Assembly (NCBI GenBank): GCA_965215005.1
Contig: CBDCCZ010000044.1
Span: forward strand, 64,001 to 128,000
DNA length: 64,000 nucleotides
Direction of reading: 5' to 3'
DNA from: Kofleriaceae bacterium
Lineage (GTDB): Bacteria > Myxococcota_A > Polyangia > Haliangiales > Haliangiaceae
The position numbers were made by a program, and so were the translations under genes. Below the pieces are notes generated by a model, which was given only the letters and a program-made list of their open reading frames with translations, did not search any database and was not told the DNA's origin. Shown here in pieces: positions 13,155-22,828 of this stretch (the first letter of the stretch is position 1; every line of letters starts with the position of its first letter).

Positions 13155-14570
13155 ATGGCGCACATCTCCGATGAGAAAATTCCCAACAACGTCAACCTGT
13201 CGAGCGACCGGCGACTGCAGCGCGCGCTCGAGAAGTGGCAGCCGAAGTTCTTGGATTGGTGGATGGAGATGGGGCCGGAGGGCTTCCAGCTAGACGATAT
13301 CTACCTGCGCACGGCGATTTCCGTGGATAGCGGCGGTTGGGCTCACTTCGATCACGTAAAGATGCCCGACTACCGATGGGGCATCTTCCTGCAGCCCAAA
13401 GAGGAAAACCGCACCCACCACTTCGGTGATCGGATTGGCCAGCCGGTGTGGGATGACGTTCCCGGTGAGTTCCGCACCATGCTGCGGCGCCTAATCGTCA
13501 CGCAGGGCGATACCGAGCCTGCCTCGGTCGAGCAGCAGAGGCGGCTGGGACACACCGCGCCTTCGCTCTATGACCTGCGCAATCTGTTTCAGGTCAACGT
13601 GGAAGAAGGACGCCATCTTTGGGCGATGGTGTACTTGCTGCACACGTACTTTGGCCGCGACGGCCGCGAGGAAGCCGAGGGAATGCTCTTGCGACGCTCA
13701 GGCGATGAGGATCGTCCGCGTATCCTCGGGGCGTTCAATGAGCCGACGGCCCACTGGCTGTCGTTCTTCATGTTCACGATGTTCACCGATCGCGACGGCA
13801 AGTATCAGCTGTCATCGCTTTCTGAGAGCGGCTTCGATCCACTGGCGCGAACGTGTCGGTTCATGCTCACCGAAGAAGCGCATCACATGTTCGTCGGCGA
13901 GACCGGCGTGCAGCGCGTGGTCGAGCGGACCTGCGAGCTGATGAAGCGCGATCCCAATGGTGAGGCGCGCGCGCAGGGCGGCATCGATCTCGACACCATC
14001 CAGAAGTACCTAAACATGTGGTACACGCTGTCTCTGGATCTGTTTGGTGGCGAGGAGTCTTCCAACGCCGCGGATGCCTTCGCCTCGGGACTCAAGGGGC
14101 GCCATCGTGAAGGACGCTACGAAGAGCACACCTGCCTGAGCGACACCTACACCATCGAGGTCGTCGAGAACGGGCGGATCGGCCAGCGCGAAATTCCCAT
14201 GCGCAAGGCCCTCAATGAGGTGCTCCGCGACGAGTATGTCAAAGACTGCGAGCGCGGCGTGGGCAAGTGGAACAAGACCATCGCCAAGGCCGGCGTTGAT
14301 TACGAGTTGCGTCTGCCGAGCCGCCGCTTTCATCGCTCGATCGGTCAATTTGCCGGCGTTCATTGCGATCCCGAAGGCAATCTCTTGAGTGAGAGCGAGT
14401 GGAACGCGCGGCGCCACGAATGGCTGCCGTCCGAGCAGGACGAAGAGTTCATCAAGAGCCTGATGCAGCCCGTGCGTGAGCCGGGCAAGATCGCCAACTG
14501 GATCGCTCCGCCACTGCGTGGGATCAACGGCCAACCGTTCGAGTTCGAGTACGTGCGTCCCGCCGATTAG
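13155..14570 (+). CDS. boxB: Benzoyl-CoA 2,3-epoxidase, di-iron oxygenase subunit
   Basis: KIPNNVNL, QGDTEPASVEQQ, and di-iron ExxH motifs VNVEEGRHLWAM and LTEEAHHMFVG. Confidence 0.97.
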   Translation: MAHISDEKIPNNVNLSSDRRLQRALEKWQPKFLDWWMEMGPEGFQLDDIYLRTAISVDSGGWAHFDHVKMPDYRWGIFLQPKEENRTHHFGDRIGQPVWDDVPGEFRTMLRRLIVTQGDTEPASVEQQRRLGHTAPSLYDLRNLFQVNVEEGRHLWAMVYLLHTYFGRDGREEAEGMLLRRSGDEDRPRILGAFNEPTAHWLSFFMFTMFTDRDGKYQLSSLSESGFDPLARTCRFMLTEEAHHMFVGETGVQRVVERTCELMKRDPNGEARAQGGIDLDTIQKYLNMWYTLSLDLFGGEESSNAADAFASGLKGRHREGRYEEHTCLSDTYTIEVVENGRIGQREIPMRKALNEVLRDEYVKDCERGVGKWNKTIAKAGVDYELRLPSRRFHRSIGQFAGVHCDPEGNLLSESEWNARRHEWLPSEQDEEFIKSLMQPVREPGKIANWIAPPLRGINGQPFEFEYVRPAD

Positions 14571-14980
14571 TAGCGATTGTTGCTTTTCTAGCGGTTGACG
14601 ACTTCCGCCGCGAACCACTGGCGAGCCTCGTCTCGTACCCGCCTTGTCGGGAAAGTATCTGCCCTTTCGTTCGTTACGACGGCCGCTGCCCATTCCTGCG
14701 ATGCAGCGGCCGTTCGCGGGTTCGGCAACGTCAACGCTTGGCAACGCTTGGATACAAATCAGTACAACTTTCTTCACAGCGCTCGTAGCAGCCCGGTTTT
14801 TACCTGCGCTACGGTGCTCGCCAGTTGCTGTTACGCGCCTGCTTAGGCGTCTTCGATGCAAAAACGCGAAAGCAGCGTCTCAGCAGTGTAAGCGGCAGGT
14901 CCGGGAGACGTTTCTCCCTGGCTAACTCCAGCAGTCTCGAAACCGAAACCACGCTGGACCTACTGATAGAGGAGCGAACC

Positions 14981-15244
14981 ATGCGAATCCTGCGTTCTAC
15001 GATTCTTGCGATTGGTCTGATGGGTCTTGCCGGCGCTTGCGGAGGCAGCGGCGGCGACAAAGACACCACCCCCGAGCCCGCTGCGGCGCCGATGGAAGGC
15101 GACATGGCCGGTGACGACATGGGCGGCGACATGGAGAACCCGTGTCACGGCGACGACATGGCCAACCCGTGTGGTGGTGACATGGACAACCCCTGCGGTG
15201 GCGGCGATGACATGGCCGACCCCTGCGGCGGCGACGACTGGTAG
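14981..15244 (+). CDS. 87-aa lipoprotein with Met/Asp-rich [N/D]PC repeats
   Basis: SD GAGGAG, lipobox LAGA-C, four Mx(N/D)PC(H/G)G units. Confidence 0.85.
   Translation: MRILRSTILAIGLMGLAGACGGSGGDKDTTPEPAAAPMEGDMAGDDMGGDMENPCHGDDMANPCGGDMDNPCGGGDDMADPCGGDDW
15101..15240 (+). repeat. Intragenic imperfect tandem repeat (GACATGG core x6)
   Basis: GACATGG at 15101, 15116, 15128, 15155, 15179 and 15209. Confidence 0.85.
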
Positions 15245-15397
15245 ATCACTCACCAACGTAAGGATTGGCGAGTCGTACATCGGCTCGCTCCTCCTTGGCT
15301 TTGGCGAATGAGGCGTGCTCGCACTGGTGCGGCACGCCTCATTCCGTTTCGGGACGTAGATTGCGGGTGTAGCGAGGGCCCGGGGTATGCTGCGCGG

Positions 15398-16210
15398 ATG
15401 GAGTGGCGCGCCCTCGGAAGAACAGCCATCGAGGTGCCCGTGGTCGGCATGGGGACGTATCGCGTCTTCAACGTCAATGACGATGCCGGCGGGGCCCGAT
15501 GCGAGGCGGTGGTGGATGGTGCGCTCGCCAGCGGCATTCGGCTGTTCGATTCATCACCGATGTACGGCCACGCCGAGCGCGTCTTGGCGGATGCACTCGG
15601 CGAACGGCGAGGCGATGCCGTGGTTGCTACCAAGGTGTGGGCGCGGACCCGAGCGGTAGGCGAGGCGCAGATCGAGCGCGCTCTGGAGTGGTTTGAGCGG
15701 GTTGAGCTGTTTCAGGTGCACAATTTGCTGGCTGCCGGCGATCACCTGCCGCTTCTTCACCACCTCAAAGGCGAAGGGCGTATTTCAGCCGTTGGGGCCT
15801 CGCAGTACTTGACGCGCGGTTTCGCGGAGCTGAGCGAGCGGATGGGCAGCGGCGAGCTCGAGGTGATCGAGATTCCATATCACCCGCTTGAGTGCAGCGC
15901 CCAAGCGGAGCTTTTGCCCGCGGCCGAAGCCTTGGGCGTTGGCGTTATCGCGATGACACCGCTAGGCGCTGGGCGGCTGTTGCGCCGCTATCCACCAGAC
16001 GAAGAGCTCGCGCCGCTTGCACCATATGGCGTGCACACCTGGCCACAGGCGGTGCTCAAGTGGATCCTCAGCGACCGCCGCGTCCAAGCCGTCATTCCCG
16101 CGACCTCTTCGCCAGAGCACGTGCGCGAGAACGCCGCCGCCGGTGAGCCTCCCTGGTTCACCAATGACGAGCGTCAATACGTGCAACGCTTGGCCGAGCG
16201 CTATCAGTGA
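15398..16210 (+). CDS. Aldo/keto reductase
   Basis: VGMGT, FDSSPMYG, VATKVW, FQVHN, VIPATS. Confidence 0.92.
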   Translation: MEWRALGRTAIEVPVVGMGTYRVFNVNDDAGGARCEAVVDGALASGIRLFDSSPMYGHAERVLADALGERRGDAVVATKVWARTRAVGEAQIERALEWFERVELFQVHNLLAAGDHLPLLHHLKGEGRISAVGASQYLTRGFAELSERMGSGELEVIEIPYHPLECSAQAELLPAAEALGVGVIAMTPLGAGRLLRRYPPDEELAPLAPYGVHTWPQAVLKWILSDRRVQAVIPATSSPEHVRENAAAGEPPWFTNDERQYVQRLAERYQ

Positions 16211-16217
16211 GCGGCGA

Positions 16218-16901
16218 TCACGGCTCGTGACGCGCGATTTGTTCCGGCCCAATCTGCTGCATGGCCAGCTTGGCGCAGCTGCGTACGGTATCGCGATCGT
16301 TCATGCTCGGGCCGCCGCGCGCGCCGATGATGCAGCGCGTATCGCGATCGATCGCCTGGTACGCGTAAGCGTCGTACTCGCCCCGTTGCGTCACTTGCAC
16401 GCATGACTCGACCGGCAGGTCGTCCCGAGTGAGCTGGTTTCCCAGCCTGCTGCACCGCGAGCGGAACGCCTCATCTTCGGCGATCTGCCAGCAGTAAAGG
16501 CTGATCGAGCAGAGCTCGTCGCCTGGAAGAACGCCGAGCGTGCGCTGTTTCTCGAGCATCTTTTCTTGTTGCTCGAGGGCCAACGGCTCGCCGCCCCGAG
16601 CAATCGAGCACACTGCGGTAGCTTCGCCGTCGCTACCCGTTGTCGCTTCCATCACCACTGGCTCAGCCTCGCCGAGCGCGTCGGTAAACGCGGTTGGATC
16701 GAGCAAGTCCTCGCAGGCGATGTGTTTGCCGCCGGGCACCGGCGTTGCGACCTTCACCGCACCCGGACCGCCACTGCGTTTTTGCCGCGCTTCGTCTGCC
16801 TGCTTGCGGGCGTAGTCTTTGGCGGCTTCCTCGCTCGAGCTGCATGCGATCAGCGCAAGCGCGAGCAGGCCCGTTACGGCGAACATGGTGAAGCGAATCA
16901 T
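16218..16901 (-). CDS. Hypothetical Cys-containing lipoprotein
   Basis: MIRFTMFAVTGLLALALIA-C lipobox; eight further Cys, probably disulfide-bonded. Confidence 0.7.
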   Translation of the reverse strand: MIRFTMFAVTGLLALALIACSSSEEAAKDYARKQADEARQKRSGGPGAVKVATPVPGGKHIACEDLLDPTAFTDALGEAEPVVMEATTGSDGEATAVCSIARGGEPLALEQQEKMLEKQRTLGVLPGDELCSISLYCWQIAEDEAFRSRCSRLGNQLTRDDLPVESCVQVTQRGEYDAYAYQAIDRDTRCIIGARGGPSMNDRDTVRSCAKLAMQQIGPEQIARHEP

Positions 16902-17002
16902 GATACCCCCTGGGCCGGGCACGATATCACAGGCGATCTGCTGGCGCGGTGGCGACGATTCGTGGGCCTTGCGCTGGCAGCCGCACACGAGTATCAAGCC
17001 CC

Positions 17003-17539
17003 GTGAACTTGGTGCGCGATCTACCGCTGTGGGATGCCGTGGGGAACCTGCAAATGATCGTCGAGGTTCCGCGTGGCAGTGAGGTCAAGCTGAAGTACGA
17101 CGAGGCGACGCACACCTTCGCTTGGTCGCGGCCGCTTTGCGCGGGGATGCGGTTTCCTGGCGACTATGGCTTTTTGCCGCAGACGTTGGCCGAGGACGGG
17201 GACGCCGTTGATGCGCTGCTCTTTTCCGAGCTCGCGAGCTACCCCGGCGTGGTCGTGTGCGGGCGGGCGATTGCGGCGTTGCGGGTCGAGCAGCACAAGG
17301 ACGGCCAGGCTTCGCGGCGCAATGATCGGGTGCTCATCGCGGCCGCCAATGATCATCGAGTCGCTCATGTTCGCGATGTCACCGACATTGCGCAGCGCGT
17401 GCTCGACGAGCTCGAGCAGTTCTTCGCAGCGTCGTTGGCACTCACCGGCAAGCGCGTCACGTTCCACGGTTGGGCCGATTGCGTCGAGGCAAGCGCCCTC
17501 ATCGAGGCGGCCGCGGCTCGCTACGCCGCCAGCCTTTGA
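17003..17539 (+). CDS. ppa: Family I inorganic pyrophosphatase
   Basis: VEVPRGS..KLKYD, DYGFLPQTLAEDGDAVD (DGDPxD-type metal motif). Confidence 0.85.
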   Translation: MNLVRDLPLWDAVGNLQMIVEVPRGSEVKLKYDEATHTFAWSRPLCAGMRFPGDYGFLPQTLAEDGDAVDALLFSELASYPGVVVCGRAIAALRVEQHKDGQASRRNDRVLIAAANDHRVAHVRDVTDIAQRVLDELEQFFAASLALTGKRVTFHGWADCVEASALIEAAAARYAASL

Positions 17540-17588
17540 ATGGCCACATGCTGCGCCAGCAAGCGGCTTGCGCCCATTGCGTAGCAGC

Positions 17589-18893
17589 TCAGCGCTGGCC
17601 ACGAACCCGATGCAGCGCCGCCTCAGCGATCGGCCGCAGCTCATCGCGAAGCTCTGCTGCACACACCAGCCGTACCGCCGACAGCGGCTGCCCAAGCGGC
17701 ATCGAATCCAGCATGTGACCCAGCGTGGCCGCTCCATGACGCGGATGACCGACGACGTGCAGCTCCTCGTCATCGCCGGGCATGTAGCCGACTTGCCGCG
17801 CGGTATCGATGTGAACATAGAATCTCGCCGCCTCGCCAAACCGTTTCTCGGCGAGCTCGCGCACCGGCCCCTCGATGCGCTCAACGATGCGCGGGTCATC
17901 GCCGAGATCGATGGTCTTGAACAGTCGGCGACGAAGCAGCCGAGTCGCTAGATCGCGCAACACGGGATCGCTTGCGGCACCGCGCTCGCCAGCGGCACCC
18001 AGACCTGCCCAAGCATCGATCGCGCCGTTGACGCTGAAGTCGTCGAGGTAGAGGTACTGGCTGACCTCGAGATTTTGCTGTTGGGCCAGCCGCGCAGCGA
18101 TTTCCAGCCCAGTTGGCTCTCTGCCCTCGCGAGCCAACTGGGCGAAGCGTTCGAGCAGCTTGATGAACATCCACTCGGCGGCGCGCACGGTTTTGTGGTG
18201 ATAGACCTGCGCATACATATAGGAGCGCGCAAACAGGTACTGCTCCACGGCGTACATGCCGCGGCGATAGTCCACGACCAGATCGGTAGGATTGGGCGAG
18301 CTCGGCACTCGTTCGATGCGCAGCGCGTGGATGATCCAGTCGAGATCATAGGTGGCGTAGCCCGCACCGGAGTAATGCCCATCGCGCAAGAGATAGTCCA
18401 GGCGATCGACATCGAGCTGCGAAGACACCAGCTTGCGCGCGAACGTCGGCTGATAGGTCTTGTTCCAAAATGCTTCGAGAACCGCTGGCAAGCCAGCTTC
18501 CAAACCTTCGAGCACCGCTGCGAGCTCGGCGTCTTCGGTGACGATGCGCGCGCCCCAGCGTTCATGATCACCACCGCCGAACACGTGCTCCCAAGCGTGG
18601 GAAAACGGCCCGTGCCCGATATCGTGCAGCAGGGCGGCCAGCTTGACGTGTCGCCCTACGCGGGGCTCGAGCTTGAGCTGTCGGACGACCCGCTGCGCCA
18701 CGTGATAGGCGCCCAAGGCATGGCCAAAGCGCGAGTGCTCGGCGCCGGGATAGACCAGCCACGCAAAGCCCATCTGCTTGATGCGCCGCAAGCGCTGGAA
18801 TGCACGCGTCTCGAGCACCGCTGCGAGCTCTGTGTCCTCGCCGCGAAACTCGATCAAGCCGTGCACGGGGTCCCTAAACACGCGGTCCCGCAT
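17589..18893 (-). CDS. HD-domain phosphohydrolase (SAMHD1-like dNTPase family)
   Basis: [56 protein letters not shown]. Confidence 0.92.
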   Translation of the reverse strand: MRDRVFRDPVHGLIEFRGEDTELAAVLETRAFQRLRRIKQMGFAWLVYPGAEHSRFGHALGAYHVAQRVVRQLKLEPRVGRHVKLAALLHDIGHGPFSHAWEHVFGGGDHERWGARIVTEDAELAAVLEGLEAGLPAVLEAFWNKTYQPTFARKLVSSQLDVDRLDYLLRDGHYSGAGYATYDLDWIIHALRIERVPSSPNPTDLVVDYRRGMYAVEQYLFARSYMYAQVYHHKTVRAAEWMFIKLLERFAQLAREGREPTGLEIAARLAQQQNLEVSQYLYLDDFSVNGAIDAWAGLGAAGERGAASDPVLRDLATRLLRRRLFKTIDLGDDPRIVERIEGPVRELAEKRFGEAARFYVHIDTARQVGYMPGDDEELHVVGHPRHGAATLGHMLDSMPLGQPLSAVRLVCAAELRDELRPIAEAALHRVRGQR

Positions 18894-19063
18894 GGCTGCG
18901 CCCACTATAGCGGCGCCCGGCGATCACCACCACCCCTAGCGGTTCATGGCGCAAGTCGTGAATCGCTTCGGGGGCGACGCCTCGCGTTCGTGGCGCGGCT
19001 GGGTTGGCTCGGCAACCGCGCTCATCATCCTTGCGCGCGCGTCGGCTCGGCGGCGATAACGTG

Positions 19064-19834
19064 ATGGTGAAAATCGCCTGGCGGCAGCTCTGGCGGCGTA
19101 CCGACGGCTGCGAGAGTGAGGTGGTCGATGCGTTGGTAATCGAGGCTCCGCTCGAGCTTCGCGTCAACGGTGAGCCCTTCGTCGTCATCATGCGGACCCC
19201 GGGGCACGACGTCGAGCTTGCGCGCGGGCTGCTATGGGCGGAGGGCGTTGCCGGTCCACTCGCGATCGAGCAGGTCGAGTCTGACGTCGTCGACATACAG
19301 CTGGCCGCCGCCGAAGCGCGCGCTCTCGGTGGCCGCGCCCTGCTTGCAACCTCGAGCTGCGGCGTCTGCGGCAAACGCGCGATCGCCGACCTGGAGACGC
19401 GGTTGGACATCGTAGAAGCAGATATCGTCGCTTCTGCTGCGGTGGTGGCTGCTCTTCCCGATCGCCTGCGACGGGCGCAGCGGGTGTTCGACGCAACGGG
19501 TGGCTTACACGGCGCGGGATTCTTCGCCGCCAATGGCGAGCTCGTGGCGGCGCGGGAGGACGTTGGCCGTCACAACGCGGTCGATAAGCTCGTAGGGTGG
19601 GCGGCGGCGAGCGGGCGGCTGCCAGCGTCCGACTGGCTGCTGTGCGTCTCAGGCCGCCTCGGCTTCGAGATCGTTCAAAAGACTGTCGCGGCCGGTATCG
19701 GATTGGTCGCAGCGGTGTCAGCACCGAGCTCGCTCGCGGTCGATGTCGCCGAGCGATTTCGCGTCACGCTATGCGGCTTCGTCCGCAGCGGCGGCATGAA
19801 CATCTACAGCCATCCCTACCGCGTCGTCGATTGA
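19064..19834 (+). CDS. fdhD: Formate dehydrogenase accessory sulfurtransferase
   Basis: MRTPGHD, SSCGVCG, TGGLHGA, REDVGRHNAVDKL, SAPSSLA. Confidence 0.95.
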   Translation: MVKIAWRQLWRRTDGCESEVVDALVIEAPLELRVNGEPFVVIMRTPGHDVELARGLLWAEGVAGPLAIEQVESDVVDIQLAAAEARALGGRALLATSSCGVCGKRAIADLETRLDIVEADIVASAAVVAALPDRLRRAQRVFDATGGLHGAGFFAANGELVAAREDVGRHNAVDKLVGWAAASGRLPASDWLLCVSGRLGFEIVQKTVAAGIGLVAAVSAPSSLAVDVAERFRVTLCGFVRSGGMNIYSHPYRVVD

Positions 19835-19862
19835 ACCGCAGTGCCCGGCTCGAGTGCTTCGC

Positions 19863-20543
19863 TCAAATCGCTGCCAGATGCTCCTCAAAGAAGCGCAACG
19901 TGCGTTGCCAAGCGTCGGTCGCGGCTTGTTGGTCGAAGGCATCGGGCCGCGTGTCATTAAAGAATGCGTGGCCGACGCCGGGATAGATATGGGTCTCGAT
20001 GGTGCCGCCGCCGAGGCCGACGTTCTTCTCGAGCTCAGCGACCACCGCCGGCGGCACGGAGGCGTCTTGCTCGCCAAATAGCCCCAGCACCGGGCATCGC
20101 AGGGCCTGAAAGTCGAGCTTGACCTTGGGATGAATGCCGTAGAAGTCCACGCAAGCGGCCACATCGTGCGGCGCTTTGGTCGCTGCAAGAAGCGCCAGCT
20201 GACCACCCATGGAGAACCCCACCACGCCGACCGCGCCACCCGCTCGCCGACGAGCCTCGGCAGTGGCGATGCGCAGCTCCGCTGCCGCGCGCTCGATATC
20301 TAGCGCCATCAGCATGCGCCCGGCTTCGTCCGGCTGGGTGGTGCTGTCGCCGTGGTAGAGGTCGGGCGCAAGAGCCAAAAATCCGGCCTTTGCAAACCGC
20401 TCCGCCACGTCTTGGATATGCGGCACCAGCCCCCACCGCTCTTGGAGCACCACCACCGCGCGGCCAGGTTTCTGGCTCTCGGGCGTTGCGATGTAAGCGC
20501 TGAGATTGCTTCCCGCGGCTTCGAGCTCGATTCGGTCACCCAT
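19863..20543 (-). CDS. Dienelactone hydrolase family protein (Ser at the nucleophile position)
   Basis: QERWGL, LAPDLY, GFSMGG, FYG, YPGVGHAFFND. Confidence 0.9.
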   Translation of the reverse strand: MGDRIELEAAGSNLSAYIATPESQKPGRAVVVLQERWGLVPHIQDVAERFAKAGFLALAPDLYHGDSTTQPDEAGRMLMALDIERAAAELRIATAEARRRAGGAVGVVGFSMGGQLALLAATKAPHDVAACVDFYGIHPKVKLDFQALRCPVLGLFGEQDASVPPAVVAELEKNVGLGGGTIETHIYPGVGHAFFNDTRPDAFDQQAATDAWQRTLRFFEEHLAAI

Positions 20544-20577
20544 GGGCGCAGTATAGGCTAGGCCGGGGATCAGCTAT

Positions 20578-20904
20578 CTAGCCGCGCCCGGGGCCTTTCC
20601 AGCGCAGCAGCCGATGCGGCCACGGCGTGAGCCCGTCGTCCTGGCGCTTTTGGGCGCCGCGGGCGGTGAGCCGCGCAAGCATCGCCAGTCGCTGCTCGAG
20701 CTCTTCCGGCGCCTGCTCGAGAGCCTCGAGTGTGAACGTGCCGTCGAGGCAAAGACTGACCCGATACGCATACTTCTCCGTCGGCGTATAGATGGTGCCG
20801 CCGTAGACCGCGCGTGAAGCATCATCGCTGAGCTCCGCGCGCTCGAGGAGCAGTCGCGCTCCTTCGGAGGGATGCAGGGCGGAATCAGGCCGGTGCGGAC
20901 TCAT
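20578..20904 (-). CDS. Hypothetical protein
   Basis: 108-aa ORF between two co-oriented genes, ending WPHRLLRWKGPGRG. Confidence 0.6.
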   Translation of the reverse strand: MSPHRPDSALHPSEGARLLLERAELSDDASRAVYGGTIYTPTEKYAYRVSLCLDGTFTLEALEQAPEELEQRLAMLARLTARGAQKRQDDGLTPWPHRLLRWKGPGRG

Positions 20905-20990
20905 GCGCAGCAAACTCGGGCAGCGACGCCCGCGAGTCAAGCAATCAGTACGGGCGTAGCGAGGGTGTGCGACTTCGTGCAACGCGGGGT

Positions 20991-21827
20991 TCATAGATCA
21001 AGGTCGGACTCGTCGTCATCGACTGGCTCGAACCGCACCTGCCGTCCCGCTGGACACACGGAGCGATAGTTGCAGCCATAGCACCACGCGCCCGCGTTGG
21101 GCCGCGGACCGTCATCGACGGCGAGCGCCGCCGCCTCGATGTTGTCCAGGAGATTGGGCAGGAACCGCTGACTGATTTCGCTCGAGCGCACCGGCCGCGC
21201 CCACTCGAGCTCTTCGTCGGCGACCCAATAGATGCCGAGCCAGAAGCGCTTTACATGGCGAAAGTAGGCGGCGGCGAGCACCGCGTAGCCCTCGAGCTGC
21301 TCGGTGATCGAGCGGAGCGCGGTGCGCGCGCCGGTCTTGTGATCGACGAGCGCTATGCTGTCGTCATCGTAAAGGAATCCTGCGTCGAGAACGCCGCGAT
21401 AGAGGGCGTCGCCGCTGTAGAACGGCGTCGGGCTGAAGTCTTCGCGAAAGGCGATTGTGAACTCGACCAAGTTGCGCGTGACCTTGCGACGCCGGCGGAA
21501 CTCCGCGATGCGATCGACCAGTGGCTGCACGCCTGCGGCGAGCTTGTCGTAGCGCTTCTCTTCGAGCTCGTCGGCGAGCTTCTCGCGCGCGATGACCAGG
21601 GCTTCGGCGGTAGGCGCGCCCTTGAGGCATTGCTCGATGGCCGCGTGAATTGCCTTGCCAACGCTCGCCTCGGGCATCACCTCGGGTTCGCGCAGCTTGT
21701 CGACGTAGCGGTAGTGGAACAGACGCGGACAGCGCAGCGCCATCTGCACTTTCGACGCCGACCAGGGCATGTGGAGACGTGCGCGAGCCGAGGCCACGGC
21801 CGAGCCTACCACTGCTGGCTCGACCAT
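20991..21827 (-). CDS. Stand-alone PD-(D/E)XK nuclease (AddB/Cas4-like) with four Cys
   Basis: SASKV...CPRLFHY, GKAIHAAIE, RGVLD...VDHKTG, QLEGYA, CYGCNYRSVC. Start is 21827 or 21770. Confidence 0.85.
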   Translation of the reverse strand: MVEPAVVGSAVASARARLHMPWSASKVQMALRCPRLFHYRYVDKLREPEVMPEASVGKAIHAAIEQCLKGAPTAEALVIAREKLADELEEKRYDKLAAGVQPLVDRIAEFRRRRKVTRNLVEFTIAFREDFSPTPFYSGDALYRGVLDAGFLYDDDSIALVDHKTGARTALRSITEQLEGYAVLAAAYFRHVKRFWLGIYWVADEELEWARPVRSSEISQRFLPNLLDNIEAAALAVDDGPRPNAGAWCYGCNYRSVCPAGRQVRFEPVDDDESDLDL

Positions 21828-21899
21828 TCGAAAAGTTGCCCCAGCTAGCGAGCGCGGCGTATCACGGTGGGAACGCGACGAACGTCGGCGGAGGTGGCG

Positions 21900-22403
21900 A
21901 TGATGAAACACACCTGCGGAATTTGCAGCGCCAATGTAGCCGAGCTTCGACGCGGACGCTGCTGGACTTGCTACACGCGCTGGGTGGAAGAGCGGCCGGT
22001 GGCGCGGGGAGCAAAGTGCTGCGTGTGCAACGAACGCCGGCGCGACTTCCTCAAGAGCATCGAGCTGCACGGTGCGTGGGCGGCAATGTGCTTCTCCTGC
22101 CACGGCCGCGCCACACGATTGGCGCCGCTGCCCGATACGATCGCAGGGCTGCGCGAGGCTTTGAGCCGCGACCGGCGCGATGACGATCGCCGGTTCGGCA
22201 AGCGCGATACGCGCGTGTTTCAGTACGATCGCCGCAGTGACGACCGCCGCCTCGGCCGCGCGCGCACGATAGATGACGTGCAAGCGATCGACGACGAGAT
22301 GATCGTCGAGATCGATGGCGAGGCAGAGAGCGTTGGGCAGCCCGGCGACGCCGAGGCGGCAAGCTGTGATTGGTCGGAGCTCACTCGCATCCACGAGCCG
22401 TGA
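21900..22403 (+). CDS. Hypothetical protein with four CxxC pairs (probably zinc-binding)
   Basis: SD GGAGGT; CGIC, CWTC, CCVC, CFSC; DRR repeats; acidic tail. Confidence 0.75.
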   Translation: MMKHTCGICSANVAELRRGRCWTCYTRWVEERPVARGAKCCVCNERRRDFLKSIELHGAWAAMCFSCHGRATRLAPLPDTIAGLREALSRDRRDDDRRFGKRDTRVFQYDRRSDDRRLGRARTIDDVQAIDDEMIVEIDGEAESVGQPGDAEAASCDWSELTRIHEP

Positions 22404-22545
22404 CGCGTCTGGCTACGCGGGCTGAACATGGTGCTCGCGGGTTGGGTGGTACTGGGCCGTGAACGGATGGAGCTCACCGTGGCGGGAGTCGAACTCGCTA
22501 GCTTGAGAAGGTGGGCTCGCGCTCGCGCGAAGGCGTGAGGTCAAC

Positions 22546-22562
22546 CTGTCATGCCATGACAG
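22546..22562. promoter_or_regulatory. Perfect palindrome, candidate operator
   Basis: CTGTCATG-C-CATGACAG within a 425-bp intergenic gap. Confidence 0.45.
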
Positions 22563-22828
22563 CGACTTAGAAGCGTTGTCGCTCTCACGCGTTTAGGGCC
22601 GCGGTAGAGGTTGGCATGAATGGGCTCAAATCGGCTCGTACAGGCGTTTCGCGGCGTTACGCGTGTTCCACTTCGAGTCGCCGAAAACGCCGACAAAAAC
22701 ACGCATGTCAAGACTGGTACCCAGAAATCTAGGCGCTAGGATTCACCACGCAACGCACGAATGGGTCAAACGCCGGGGGGGCGGTGCCCATTGCATAGCG
22801 TCCTTCCTTCCTTCGAGGAGCAAACGAC

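Noticed and set aside
20991..21827. Cas4 as part of a CRISPR-Cas locus
   Set aside because: No repeat-spacer array and no cas1, cas2 or effector genes in the window.
22482..22498. tRNA T-arm-like sequence on the minus strand (GCGAG-TTCGACT-CCCGC)
   Set aside because: Mismatched stem, and I could not build acceptor, anticodon or D arms or a CCA end.
22611..22627. Sigma54-like TTGGCATG site (and a similar one near 41492)
   Set aside because: The required GG-N10-GC spacing is not met.
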